A DNA stretch of 62,678 nucleotides, the filler included. It is 6 parts of 6 records of this genome, joined end to end, with 100 filler letters (N's around TTAATTAATTAA, not from the genome) between each part and the next. Parts side by side here need not be neighbours in the genome. Positions count along the whole stretch, not along the records: positions 48,283 to 55,186 come from DRR378314_782; positions 55,287 to 62,678 come from DRR378314_784; 4 more parts are not named here. One strand, written 5' to 3'. The position numbers and the translations under genes are program-made. A model generated the notes under the pieces. That model did not search any database. It was not told where the DNA came from and saw nothing but the letters and a program-made list of their open reading frames with translations. Below are positions 49,582 to 59,866 of the stretch, piece by piece (the stretch's first letter is position 1; each line of letters opens with the position of its first letter).

Positions 49582-50495
49582 CAGTGGCCCCCCGCCGCGC
49601 CAAGTGAATAAAGCTCGGAAGGTTGCAGCAACAGGTCCATCGCCAGTTTGCCACAGACGCCCAGCACCATCATCGCCAGCAGAATACGCAGTTGTTCGGC
49701 CTTCATTTTAACGCCGATCCTTGCCCCGATTTGCGCACCAATCACACCACCGACCAGCAGGAGAACCGCCAGAACAATATCGACGGTATAGTTGGTTGTG
49801 GCGTGTAACATGGTGGTAAAGGCGGTCACGAAAATGATCTGAAACAGCGAGGTGCCAACAACCACTTTGGTCGGCATCCCCAGAAGATAGATCATTGCGG
49901 GCACCATGATGAAGCCGCCGCCAACCCCCATGATTGCCGCTAGAATGCCGACGGCAACACCGACAAGCAGCGGTGGAATGACAGAGATATAAAGCCCCGA
50001 AACGCGGAACCGCATTTTGAACGGCAGGCCGTGGATCCAGTTGTGTTTCTTGCGCGGCGGGGCTTTGCCCTTTTTCGTATTACGGATCGCATTCAGCGAT
50101 TCCAGAAACATCAACCCGCCAATAACGCCAAGGAAAATCACGTAACACAGCTTGACCAGCAGATCGACCTGACCCTGTGCCTTGAGATAGTTAAAGACCA
50201 AAACACCCAACGCCGCCCCGATCAAACCGCCGATCAGCAGTACGGTGCCCATCCTGAGATCCACCGTCTTTCGTTTGAAATGGGCCAATACACCCGAGAA
50301 AGAAGAGGCGACAATCTGGTTCGCTTCGGTGGCAACAGCCACGGCCGGAGGGATGCCGATAAAGAACAACAGCGGCGTCATTAAGAAGCCGCCGCCAACA
50401 CCGAACATCCCCGAAAGGACGCCCACCAGCCCACCAAGCCCCAGCAGGAGGAAGGCATTGACCGATACTTCGGCAATAGGAAGGTAGATTTGCAT
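49581..50495 (-). CDS. TauE/SafE (TSUP) family transporter
   Basis: MQIYLPIAE, GMFGVGGGFLMTP, duplicated GVGGGFIMVP. Confidence 0.92.
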   Translation of the reverse strand: MQIYLPIAEVSVNAFLLLGLGGLVGVLSGMFGVGGGFLMTPLLFFIGIPPAVAVATEANQIVASSFSGVLAHFKRKTVDLRMGTVLLIGGLIGAALGVLVFNYLKAQGQVDLLVKLCYVIFLGVIGGLMFLESLNAIRNTKKGKAPPRKKHNWIHGLPFKMRFRVSGLYISVIPPLLVGVAVGILAAIMGVGGGFIMVPAMIYLLGMPTKVVVGTSLFQIIFVTAFTTMLHATTNYTVDIVLAVLLLVGGVIGAQIGARIGVKMKAEQLRILLAMMVLGVCGKLAMDLLLQPSELYSLGAAGGH

Positions 50496-50595
50496 AAAGT
50501 CCCTTAGCGCGATGGTTGTATCAAATCAACGGTCCTTGCAGTCTGCTACAACATCGGACCAACGGGATGCGTAAACTGGCCTTATCGTGGCCAGC

Positions 50596-51564
50596 CTAGC
50601 GTTCTTTAACATAAGGCTCTCCGCCTGCTCTGGGCGGGATGGCCTTGCCGACAAAGCCGGCCAGAATAACCACTGTCATGATATAGGGCAAAGCCCCCAA
50701 AAATTGGGCCTGAACCTTCATGCCGATGATGGATTCGATTACATCGGGACGGGTTTCAAGCGCGCCGAACAGCCCAAACAGCAACGTCGCCCAAAGCGCA
50801 TACCAAGGCCGCCATTTGGCAAAGATCAGCGCCGCAAGTGCGATAAACCCACGCCCCGCCGACATGTCTTTGACAAAGCCTGCCTGCAAGGCGGTGCTGA
50901 GGTAGGCACCGGCAATGCCGCATAATACGCCGCAAATCGCCACCGCCGCATAGCGCAAGCCGACAACGGAAACCCCTGCCGTATCGACTGACGCTGGGTT
51001 TTCGCCCACGGCCCGCAGGCGCAGTCCAAAGCGGGTGCGATAGAGCAGCCACCATGTCAGCGGCACAGCCGCCAAGGCCATATAGACAAGGATCGAATGG
51101 CCTGAAATCAGTTCCGAATAGAGAGGGCCGATGAAGGGCACATCGGCAATTGCATCTGCACCGGGCAGGGTGATCCCTTCAAAACGGGCACCACCCATCA
51201 GTGATGGGGTGCGCCCCCCTTGTTTGAACCAGCTTTGGGCAATCAACACGGTCATGCCCGCCGCCAGAAAGTTAATCGCCACGCCGGAAATCAATTGGTT
51301 GCCGCGAAAGGTGATCGAGGCAATGCCATGTAGCGCGGCAAGCGCCAGGGACGCGCCGATACCGGCCAGAAGGCCAATCCAGACACTGCCGGTCAGAGAG
51401 GCGACCGCAGCGGAAAAGAACGCTGCCGCCAGCATTTTGCCCTCAAGCCCAATGTCGAAGATGCCAGCGCGTTCACTGAACAACCCGGCCAGACAGGCCA
51501 GCAGCAGCGGTGTGGCAAGGCGCAGGGATGAATCGAGCAATTGGATAAGCGTGAGATAATCCAT
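50596..51564 (-). CDS. Nucleoside/purine ABC transporter permease
   Basis: SERAGIFDIGLEG, RTRFGLRLRAVGENP, GRGFIALAALIFAKW. Confidence 0.92.
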   Translation of the reverse strand: MDYLTLIQLLDSSLRLATPLLLACLAGLFSERAGIFDIGLEGKMLAAAFFSAAVASLTGSVWIGLLAGIGASLALAALHGIASITFRGNQLISGVAINFLAAGMTVLIAQSWFKQGGRTPSLMGGARFEGITLPGADAIADVPFIGPLYSELISGHSILVYMALAAVPLTWWLLYRTRFGLRLRAVGENPASVDTAGVSVVGLRYAAVAICGVLCGIAGAYLSTALQAGFVKDMSAGRGFIALAALIFAKWRPWYALWATLLFGLFGALETRPDVIESIIGMKVQAQFLGALPYIMTVVILAGFVGKAIPPRAGGEPYVKER

Positions 51565-52682
51565 CAGTCCGCTGCCCCCGCTGCTTTGCTGGTTCGTGCC
51601 CGTCGCAGGGCGAGGAACAGCTTTTCAAGGGGCATGCGCACCATATTGTCCAGTGCACCGGTGAACAGGATGACGAGGGCCTGAATCACCACGATCAATT
51701 CACGCGGGATTGAGGTCCACAGTGCCAGCTCGGCACCGCCTTGGTACAGGAATCCAAACAGAATCGCCGCGATAAAGACACCAAGAGGATGTGACCGCCC
51801 CATAAGCGCCACCGCGATGCCGATAAACCCGGCGCCCTCTGTCGAGTTCAGAACCAGCCGTTCGGCTTCGCCCATGACATTATTGGTCGCCATCAGCCCG
51901 GCCAAAGCGCCGGAAATGATCATTGCGATCATCGTGATCTTAAACGGCGAGATGCCTGCGTATTTGGCCGCTGATTCCGAATGGCCATAGGCGCGGATTT
52001 CATAGCCCAGACGCGTGCGCCAGATCAGCACCCAAAGCCCGATGCAGGCCGCGATGGCAAGCAACAGTGACACGTTGGCTGGTGCGGCCTTGGAAAACTC
52101 GATGCCCAGAGGGGACAGCAGATCATGCAGGGTGGGCAGGTTTGTGGCTTCCGGGAACCGTGCGGTGGCCGGATCCATGCTGCCCTTGGGGCGCAGCATA
52201 TTGACCAGCGTATAGTTCAGCAAAGCGGCAGCTATAAAGTTGAACATGATGGTGGTGATCACAATGTGACTGCCGCGCTTGGCTTGCAGCCAGGCAGGGA
52301 TCGCGGCCCAGACCGCACCAAACAGCCCCGCCATGACCGCCGCCCCAACCAGCGCCAGCGACCAATGTGGCCAAGGGATGTACAGACAGGCCAAAGCAAC
52401 ACCCAAACCGCCCAGCATCGCCTGACCTTCGCCACCAATGTTAAACAGCCGCGCATGGAAGGCGATGGCAACGGCCAGACCCGTGAACATAAAGTTCGTG
52501 GCGTAATACAGCGTATAGCCCCAGCCGTATGTAGAGCCGAGCGCGCCTGTCACCATCAGCTTGGCCGCGGCAACCGGGTCTTCACCGATTGCCAGTACCA
52601 CCAGCGCGGAAATAATGCCGGCCAGCAACAGCGAAATCAGCGGCACAAGGACAACTTCGGCCCATTTTGGCATCACATCCAT
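51564..52682 (-). CDS. Nucleoside/purine ABC transporter permease
   Basis: LFNIGGEGQ, SHIVITTIMFN, GFIGIAVALMGR; ATG 52682 preferred. Confidence 0.92.
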   Translation of the reverse strand: MDVMPKWAEVVLVPLISLLLAGIISALVVLAIGEDPVAAAKLMVTGALGSTYGWGYTLYYATNFMFTGLAVAIAFHARLFNIGGEGQAMLGGLGVALACLYIPWPHWSLALVGAAVMAGLFGAVWAAIPAWLQAKRGSHIVITTIMFNFIAAALLNYTLVNMLRPKGSMDPATARFPEATNLPTLHDLLSPLGIEFSKAAPANVSLLLAIAACIGLWVLIWRTRLGYEIRAYGHSESAAKYAGISPFKITMIAMIISGALAGLMATNNVMGEAERLVLNSTEGAGFIGIAVALMGRSHPLGVFIAAILFGFLYQGGAELALWTSIPRELIVVIQALVILFTGALDNMVRMPLEKLFLALRRARTSKAAGAAD

Positions 52683-52683
52683 G

Positions 52684-54276
52684 TTATGTCCCCTTTGCGG
52701 CAGCCGCCGCATCCGTATCTGTGATGCCCGCCATCAGCAGGCCCAGTTCTTTCTCATCCGTCTGATCCGGCAGGCGCTCACCCATGACCTGACCGTCAAA
52801 CATCACGGCAATCCGATCGCTGAGGGCCAGAATTTCCTCCAGCTCGACCGAGACCAGAAGAATCGCTTTGCCCTGATCGCGCAGGGCGACAATTTGCTGG
52901 TGGATAAATTCGATGGCACCAATGTCCACACCACGTGTCGGCTGGCCGATCAGCAACAGATCCGGGTTGCGTTCTATCTCGCGGGCCAGCACGATTTTCT
53001 GCTGGTTGCCGCCGGAGAAGTTCTTAGCAGCGAGTTTCGGATTTGGCGGGCGCACGTCAAACCGTTCCATCTTTTCAGCGGTATCGTCGCGGATCGCGGC
53101 GTTGTTCATCAACACCCCGGCGCGGTATTCAGGATCATGGTGATAGCCGAAGGCCGTGTTTTCCCAGGCCTGATATTCCATGATCAGCCCCTCGCGCTGG
53201 CGATCTTCGGGCACATGGGCAATGCCCCTGCGGCGGCGCGACTGGCCATCAGACAGGCGTCCCGTCAGATCAAGCGGCGCACCGTTCAGGCGGACCTCAC
53301 CAGTGCCATCGGCATAGCCGCCCAGCACCTCAAGCAGTTCGGACTGCCCGTTGCCCGCAACCCCTGCGATGCCCAGAATCTCACCGGCGCGCACCTGCAA
53401 ATCAATCCCGCGCAGACGCTCCACGCCCTTGTCATCAACTACCTTCAGGCCCTTGACGTCTAGCACCACATCTCCCAGTGTCGGTGGATTTTTATCGACG
53501 CGTAACAATACCTTACGCCCTACCATCAATTCGGCCAGCTCTGCCGGAGAGGTATCGGCGGTCTTGACCGTTGCGGTCATTTCACCGCGCCGCATCACCG
53601 AAACTGTATCGGTGGTCTCCATGATTTCGCGCAGCTTATGGGTGATCAGGATGATCGTCTTACCTTCGGATTTCAGCCGGTCAAGAATGCGAAACAACTG
53701 GTCGGCCTCGGCTGGGGTCAGCACGCCGGTGGGTTCATCCAGAATCAGAATATCGGCCTGCCGGTACAGCGCCTTGAGGATTTCGACACGTTGCTGCATG
53801 CCCACGCCGATGTCTTGGATCAAAGCGTCAGGATCAACGTTCAACCCGTAGTCATTTGCCAGCTCCACCAGCGAGCGCCGGGCCTTGGCCAAAGAGGGTT
53901 TTAATAACCGCCCGTCTTCGGCACCCAGAATGATATTCTCAAGTACCGTGAAATTTTCAACCAGTTTGAAGTGCTGGAACACCATCCCGATGCCCGCAGC
54001 AATGGCCGCCTGACTGTCAGGGATTTCGGTCTTGGACCCGTTGATCCAAACCTCGCCTTTATCGGCTTTGTAAAACCCATAGAGGATCGACATCAGCGTC
54101 GATTTTCCCGCGCCGTTTTCCCCGATGATCCCGTGGATCGTGCCGGGCATGACGCGGATGGAAATGTCCTTATTGGCCTGAACCGGACCAAAGGCTTTCG
54201 AGATGCCTTTCAGCTCGATCGCGGGGGCAGTGGAAGCGGCAGTTGCCTGCCGCTTCGCTGTTGTCTCGTCGCTCAC
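52684..54276 (-). CDS. ABC ATP-binding protein with two nucleotide-binding domains (CUT2/nucleoside family)
   Basis: GENGAGKST, LDEPT, PEDR, FSGGNQQK, QPTRGVDIGA. Confidence 0.95.
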   Translation of the reverse strand: MSDETTAKRQATAASTAPAIELKGISKAFGPVQANKDISIRVMPGTIHGIIGENGAGKSTLMSILYGFYKADKGEVWINGSKTEIPDSQAAIAAGIGMVFQHFKLVENFTVLENIILGAEDGRLLKPSLAKARRSLVELANDYGLNVDPDALIQDIGVGMQQRVEILKALYRQADILILDEPTGVLTPAEADQLFRILDRLKSEGKTIILITHKLREIMETTDTVSVMRRGEMTATVKTADTSPAELAELMVGRKVLLRVDKNPPTLGDVVLDVKGLKVVDDKGVERLRGIDLQVRAGEILGIAGVAGNGQSELLEVLGGYADGTGEVRLNGAPLDLTGRLSDGQSRRRRGIAHVPEDRQREGLIMEYQAWENTAFGYHHDPEYRAGVLMNNAAIRDDTAEKMERFDVRPPNPKLAAKNFSGGNQQKIVLAREIERNPDLLLIGQPTRGVDIGAIEFIHQQIVALRDQGKAILLVSVELEEILALSDRIAVMFDGQVMGERLPDQTDEKELGLLMAGITDTDAAAAAKGT

Positions 54277-55186
54277 TTAGAAGTCCAGCGCTGGGCAGCT
54301 GTCGTTCTCGTAATAGGACACCACGTTGACTTTGCCAGCGATGATATCATCGCGTGCAGCGTTTACAGCGGCTTCCATTTCGTCAGTGACCAGAGCGGCG
54401 TTGTTGTCATCCATTGCAACACCCACACCTTCTTCGGCCAGACCCATCGTCACCACAACGCCGGTCTCAAGGTCTTCGCCAGCTTTCATGGCTTCATAGA
54501 CCGCAACATCCACGCGTTTCAGCATGGAGGTCAGGACCTTGCCCGGATGCAGGTGGTTCTGGTTGCTGTCCACACCGATGGACAGAATGCCTTCATCAGC
54601 CGCCGTTTGCAGAACACCCACACCGGTGCCGCCTGCCGCAGCATAGACAACATCCGCGCCTTGGCTGATCTGCGCCTTGGTGATTTCAGAACCTTTCACC
54701 GGGTCATTCCAAGCGGCAGGTGTGGTGCCTGTCATGTTGGCAATGACTTTGGCGTCTGGGTTCGCTGCTTTTACGCCTTGGGCAAAGCCGCAGCCGAAGT
54801 GGCGGATCAGCGGGACGTCCATGCCGCCGACAAAACCGACTGTGCCGCTTTTGGAGGCCATGGCAGCCATCATACCAACAAGGTAAGACCCTTCATGCTC
54901 AGCAAAGGCGACCTGGCGGACGTTCGGGAAATCAAGCCAGCTTACGTCGATCACAGCGAATTTTGTGTCGGGATAATCCGGTGCCACAGCGGACAGCGGA
55001 TCGGCCATGCCAAAACCCATGGTGATAATCGGATTGGCACCGGTCTCGGCAAAGCGGCGCAGGGCCTGCTCGCGCTGGGCTTCGGACTGCATTTCGATTT
55101 CACGGAAGGTGCCGCCGGTCTCTTCGGCCCAGCGTGTGGCACCGTTAAATGCTGCTTCGTTGAAGGATTTGTCGAACTTGCCGCCA
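54277..55186 (-). CDS. BMP-family ABC substrate-binding protein, 5'-truncated
   Basis: Open from the contig edge: GGKFDKSFNEAA...EHEGSYLVG, AAGGTG, IGVDSNQ, LTSMLKRVD. Confidence 0.92.
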
Positions 55187-55286
55187 NNNNNNNNNNNNNN
55201 NNNNNNNNNNNNNNNNNNNNNNNNNNNNNNTTAATTAATTAANNNNNNNNNNNNNNNNNNNNNNNNNNNNNNNNNNNNNNNNNNNN
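55187..55286. other. Artificial contig linker
   Basis: N44-TTAATTAATTAA-N44. Confidence 0.99.
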
Positions 55287-55314
55287 TTAATCACGAAAGG
55301 TCAACACGCCCTAG
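55287..55314. mobile_element. Probable terminal end of a MITE/IS-like repeat at the contig edge
   Basis: ...GAAAGGTCAACACGCCCTAG (reverse complement CTAGGGCGTGTTGACCTTTC) resembles an Alteromonadales repeat end as I recall it; only one end is visible. Confidence 0.45.
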
Positions 55315-55397
55315 TATCAATACAACTTTAATTAACAGGAGGTTTAAACTTTTTATTTTTTTCTTTCGTCTAAGTTATTTTAAATTGGACAAAATAA

Positions 55398-56003
55398 ATG
55401 AAAATGTATTGTTTGATCACCACGTTGTTTTTTATTGGTGCCTCTACCGTAACTGCACAACCTGAAGTGGATTGCAGTGTTTACAGCTCCCATGAGAGCA
55501 CGCCCTATATATTACCCTTTAAGTCAGGAACTGAGCATGAGGTTGTTGTCTCGACTGGGCATTACCGAAAATCAAACCATGGAGTTGGTTTATATGCGCT
55601 AGATTTTATTATGCCAATCGACACACCCATTGTTGCAGCAAGAGCAGGTCACGTGGTTGCATTGCGTGAACAGTTTCATGATGGTAATGGTCAAGATTTG
55701 CATGAAAACTTTGTATTTATACAGCATGATGATGGCACAATAGCACGATATATACACCTTACTCATGATGGCGTATTGGTTGAAATGGGTGAGCAAGTTA
55801 ATGCAGGGCAGCTGATTGCTAAAAGTGGTGATACCGGCCAAACTGGCGGGCATCATTTGCATTTTGATGTGCAGCAATGTGGTCCCAATTTACCACCGCA
55901 GTATAACCAGCTACCTTGTGGACAAACAGTGCCTGTCACGTTTAAAAATACGCATCCCCACCAATGTGGGCTTGAGGAAGGTATGCGTTATCGCGCGCTA
56001 TAA
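55398..56003 (+). CDS. Secreted M23-family metallopeptidase
   Basis: Signal peptide, YALDF, PIVAARAG, YIHL, SGDTG, HLHF. Confidence 0.88.
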   Translation: MKMYCLITTLFFIGASTVTAQPEVDCSVYSSHESTPYILPFKSGTEHEVVVSTGHYRKSNHGVGLYALDFIMPIDTPIVAARAGHVVALREQFHDGNGQDLHENFVFIQHDDGTIARYIHLTHDGVLVEMGEQVNAGQLIAKSGDTGQTGGHHLHFDVQQCGPNLPPQYNQLPCGQTVPVTFKNTHPHQCGLEEGMRYRAL

Positions 56004-56097
56004 TATGATGATTAGTGTGCGAATTAAGTAACTCGTATTTATCAAATATTTCATAACTGGTATTCTATGCTCATTAATTTGTTAAAGAGTAAACAGT

Positions 56098-56346
56098 ATG
56101 ATTAACGATAACGATGTCATTGACACCCTTGAGGAGCTCGACGCATTTATCCATTTAGTTGAGAGCGGTGGCTTAGGCTTAAAGAATGTTTCAGGCTTGG
56201 CTTTGGCAACCCACAACAGTAGCAAACGTCCATTTATCGCCGTGCTTGATGATGAGCATAAGTTATTGTTGGGCCGTTGGGTTACGCAAGAAGTATATGA
56301 AAACGGTAAAGATCTAGTGCGTGGTGGTTCTAAAAAACCCCATTAG
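56098..56346 (+). CDS. Hypothetical protein (82 aa)
   Basis: Clean ORF with protein-like composition filling the intergenic space; no family recognised. Confidence 0.7.
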   Translation: MINDNDVIDTLEELDAFIHLVESGGLGLKNVSGLALATHNSSKRPFIAVLDDEHKLLLGRWVTQEVYENGKDLVRGGSKKPH

Positions 56347-56478
56347 TCACATTATCTGCAGGCTTTTATACACATAGTTTATCAAAATGACCCAGTGCTA
56401 AATAATGGCAGTGGGTCGGCCTTACCTTCTTCTTACTCACTTTTCGAAATTGTTGTTATTTTATGAGCGTCGTTACTT

Positions 56479-56499
56479 TTTTAATCTAATTTTAATCTT
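56479..56499 (+). promoter_or_regulatory. Tandem direct repeat, putative OmpR-family binding site
   Basis: TTAATCT at 56481 and 56492 (11-bp period), upstream of the delta-CA gene. Confidence 0.45.
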
Positions 56500-56566
56500 C
56501 CCTATAAGTTTTTTTTAGATACTTTCAATAACATGGGTTTATGAACTTTTTAAAGGCATAAACAAC

Positions 56567-57430
56567 ATGAAACAAACGATGATTTCAAAGTGTGTAACAA
56601 TTATTGGTTTTGGTGCACTAGCTCTAACAAGTGATGTAATAAATGCAAAAGCAGTGAGTGATAGCGTTATTCAAGCACAGCGGGTCGCGCTTGAAAAAAA
56701 CACTCATACTCAAGGCTACGGGCCTCAATCTCCACGCGACATTGACCAAGCTTATGGTACTAACCTTCGCAGCTTTGGTACTGCTCCAAATCGCGGTAAC
56801 CTCAATTTATGTAATATTCACTTTCATAAAAATGCAGAGCATAAAGGGGGAAAATTTACCACGTTTGCAGGTAATGGAGATGGCAAAGGACACAACACAG
56901 GGTACATTTATGATGGCCAGTTATCGGCTTCACAGTTACAACCTGTAAAAGGCAAGGTGTGTTCAGCGAAAGGGAGTTCGTTAAATGTAGGGGACACACT
57001 TGAGGTGCATTTTGTTTATTCATCAGCACAAGTTAAACCTGGGCCTACACTCGGTGCATGTTTAGCTGATAGTACGATGAACCCAAGCTTACGTGTTGAA
57101 GGGCAGGTGATTGTATTAGCGAATGATAAAAATGCGGTTAACTTTTCAAAGCTCACTCACATCGAAAAAGTAAATGGTTATTATCAAGCGCCAAATATAC
57201 CAACTAATACCGGTAACCCCATTGAGTATTTAGGTTCCACAACAGGCCCTGGGTATAATGAAAAAGCGTCGCCATTACAAGTTAGTTGGAGTGTTAGGCC
57301 TGAAGTTGCTGTGGTAAATATCAATAGTGTTGGCCAATGGTGTAACGACAATGTATTTAAAGAAGATCACGCCCATGGTGTTCGTAACCTAGTACAAAAC
57401 CCAAAATTACTATCACCGATTAGCAAGTAA
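56567..57430 (+). CDS. Secreted delta-class carbonic anhydrase
   Basis: Signal peptide; LCNIHFHKNAEHK, GDTLEVHFV, GPTLGAC, YLGSTTGP, SPLQVSWSV, DHAHGVR. Confidence 0.82.
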   Translation: MKQTMISKCVTIIGFGALALTSDVINAKAVSDSVIQAQRVALEKNTHTQGYGPQSPRDIDQAYGTNLRSFGTAPNRGNLNLCNIHFHKNAEHKGGKFTTFAGNGDGKGHNTGYIYDGQLSASQLQPVKGKVCSAKGSSLNVGDTLEVHFVYSSAQVKPGPTLGACLADSTMNPSLRVEGQVIVLANDKNAVNFSKLTHIEKVNGYYQAPNIPTNTGNPIEYLGSTTGPGYNEKASPLQVSWSVRPEVAVVNINSVGQWCNDNVFKEDHAHGVRNLVQNPKLLSPISK

Positions 57431-57438
57431 ATTAATTT

Positions 57439-57463
57439 TGGCGCGAGTTATTTGCTCGCGCTA
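57439..57463. terminator. Hairpin between the convergent delta-CA and response regulator genes
   Basis: TGGCGCGAG-TTATTTG-CTCGCGCTA. Confidence 0.6.
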
Positions 57464-58141
57464 TTTTAAGCTCATTCTATACCCGTTGCCGCGTAAAGTT
57501 TGAATTGTAAGATTAGGCTCACTCTCAATTTTTTTTCTTAACTTACTCACATACACATCTACGATATTGGTATTAGGCTCATTATAAGTTTGCCAGACAC
57601 GGCTTAATATTCGCTCTCTTGACAATACCTTGTCTTGGTTTTCGACAAAATAAAGCAGTAATTCGAATTCAATTTTTGTCAGCGTTAACTCAGTCTCATT
57701 GAGCAATGCAATTCTTTGCTGAGTCAGTAAAGCCAAGGAGCCGATAGCGGTTGACGCTTGATGATCCGAATGTGCAGTATTCATACGACGTTTTAATGCG
57801 ATAACACGTGCTAAAAGTTCATCAAAGTCAAAGGGTTTGCAAAGGTAATCATCAGCACCCATTTCCAGCCCTTTGACACGCTCTGCTACTTCATCCAATG
57901 CTGTTAACATAAGCACCATAGGTGGGTGGGAAAGGGTTTTTATCGCTTCGAGAATGGACAAACTATCTTGCGAGCCAAAGAGCCTGTCGAGTATTACAAC
58001 GTGAGGTGAATGCTTTTTAATATATGGCAGCACTTCGTGTAACTCGTTTAAGGTGCTGCAATCGTAGCCTTCAGCACGCAGGCCACGTGATAAAAAGTTT
58101 AATAGAGGTAATTCATCGTCTGCAAGTAAGATGTTCATCAT
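57461..58141 (-). CDS. OmpR-family response regulator
   Basis: LADDE, ILDR, GADDYLCKPF, winged helix NIVDVYVSKLRKK, TLRGNGY. Confidence 0.95.
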   Translation of the reverse strand: MMNILLADDELPLLNFLSRGLRAEGYDCSTLNELHEVLPYIKKHSPHVVILDRLFGSQDSLSILEAIKTLSHPPMVLMLTALDEVAERVKGLEMGADDYLCKPFDFDELLARVIALKRRMNTAHSDHQASTAIGSLALLTQQRIALLNETELTLTKIEFELLLYFVENQDKVLSRERILSRVWQTYNEPNTNIVDVYVSKLRKKIESEPNLTIQTLRGNGYRMSLK

Positions 58142-59694
58142 GGCTGTCCAGCTGGTAAAGAAATTGAAAATACAGAGCCTTGCCCTTGGGTTGAGGTAAC
58201 ATTAATAGTACCGCTATGTGCTTCTATAATTGCTTTTGCAATAGGGAGCCCTAACCCGAGTCCTTCATTGTGTTTGCTAAAACGTACGAAACGCTCAAAA
58301 ATATTATCAACCTCAGCAGCAGAAATCCCTTCACCATGATCCTCTATAGAAACAGTGACTAATGACTGTGTTATTGTGAGGCTAATCTCTATGGGTTGCT
58401 CTGAGCTTGAATATTTAACAGCATTATCAAATAAAATAGCCAGCACTTGCTGTATGCGTTGGGTATCAATAGTGACAACAGCATGGTTTAAATTTGACTG
58501 GGTTATATAGGTAATACTTCGAGTTGGGTTTAGTTTTTGCCATTTGGTGACTTCAGTTTTTATTAGCGGCACTATCTTAGTGGGGGAGACTTCTAGATTT
58601 ATTTGATTCATTTCTGCCCGTGTTAAGAGTAATAAATCATCCACTAAACGGCTTAAGCTAATGGCTTGTCCGAGTATAGAGTTGAGTGTTTGATTATAAT
58701 CATCTACGGACACTGATTTCATTCTAAGTGTAACTTGTGCTTCGCCTCGTATAATGGTTAATGGCGTACGCAATTCATGAGACACATCAGCAATAAATTG
58801 GCGACGACGGGAGTCTATTTTAGTCAATAACAGGTTAGCTTCTGTTAATTCGCTCGTACGTTGCTTAACTTCAAGCTCCAGCTGCTTTCTTGATTGAACA
58901 GCATTGTTTTCATGTTGTTGCAGGCGCAACGCAAGTTGATTAATTGACGTTGCGAGCTCTTCAAACTCATCGTCTAGTTTTACCGATATGGGTTTGTGGT
59001 AGTGCCCCATTGCTATCGAGTTGGTGGCATTTGCTATTAAAATAAGCGGTTGATAAAGTTGATTAAAAAGCCAGTAACAGCCATACAAAATAAGTGGGAT
59101 TGAAAGGCCTCCTAAGCCAATCGCAAACCAAAATATGGTGGTGTTAAGCATATCCATTTTAGCGTTAATTGCTGCAACAACACGAGTCTGACGTGCAACT
59201 GCAGAGTTAATCGCTTCTCTGAACTGATCATCTATCGTGACTTCTAATAATCGTTTTAACTTGGCCTGCTGATTGAGAGGGGCTGTATTTTTGCTACTAA
59301 CAACAGCCCTAAATTCAACGGTGATCTCATCAATCATTCGAACAAGTTCATCAGTGTCTTCAATACTGCCTTTTGTAAAGGAGATACCTAATGCTTTACG
59401 CTGTTCTATTTCTAGCTTTTTTATTTGATTTAGTGATTGTTGAATAAGATTTTGTTTTTTACGAACATACGCTTGATTGGCATTTTGACCGAAAATAATT
59501 TCATCTGTTAGCTGCTTAAATAATCGGTATGAGATACTCGATAACTTTTCATGCTCCACCAATAATGAATGTGCAATATTGCTTTGCAGTAAATTTTCAC
59601 GTGTAAGGTGGGATGATATTGCGGTGCTTAGTAGTGCTAAAAACAAGAAAAAGGCGGTTGTCAGGCCAAAATAAAACAGTTTGCGTTTATACAT
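58138..59694 (-). CDS. Sensor histidine kinase (helical periplasmic domain, HAMP)
   Basis: H-box SHELRTPLT, DNAVKYS, DHGEG, FERF, GLGLGL; ATG 59694 preferred. Confidence 0.93.
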   Translation of the reverse strand: MYKRKLFYFGLTTAFFLFLALLSTAISSHLTRENLLQSNIAHSLLVEHEKLSSISYRLFKQLTDEIIFGQNANQAYVRKKQNLIQQSLNQIKKLEIEQRKALGISFTKGSIEDTDELVRMIDEITVEFRAVVSSKNTAPLNQQAKLKRLLEVTIDDQFREAINSAVARQTRVVAAINAKMDMLNTTIFWFAIGLGGLSIPLILYGCYWLFNQLYQPLILIANATNSIAMGHYHKPISVKLDDEFEELATSINQLALRLQQHENNAVQSRKQLELEVKQRTSELTEANLLLTKIDSRRRQFIADVSHELRTPLTIIRGEAQVTLRMKSVSVDDYNQTLNSILGQAISLSRLVDDLLLLTRAEMNQINLEVSPTKIVPLIKTEVTKWQKLNPTRSITYITQSNLNHAVVTIDTQRIQQVLAILFDNAVKYSSSEQPIEISLTITQSLVTVSIEDHGEGISAAEVDNIFERFVRFSKHNEGLGLGLPIAKAIIEAHSGTINVTSTQGQGSVFSISLPAGQP

Positions 59695-59866
59695 AATAAT
59701 TACTAATTCAAAAAGTCGATTAAGGGTACATGTAAGGCTTTTGCTAAGCAATAAAACAAAGAGCACAGGTTAATCAGCTCTGTAAAAAAGTTCACTCATT
59801 CACCTCAATAGACAAAACCATGATGAGCTATTACCATAAGCAAAAATTTATTTATGCGTGCTAATT

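Noticed and set aside
48283-55186. Rhodobacteraceae-like contig as a source of novelty
   Set aside because: Ordinary conserved gene blocks (BMP ABC transporter, TauE + TIGR02186) with no unexplained intergenic structure seen.
53971-55242. 423-aa plus-strand ORF (also 52561-53463 and 52125-52724)
   Set aside because: Antisense shadows of well-supported ABC genes in GC-rich DNA, with no recognisable motifs; one runs into the linker.
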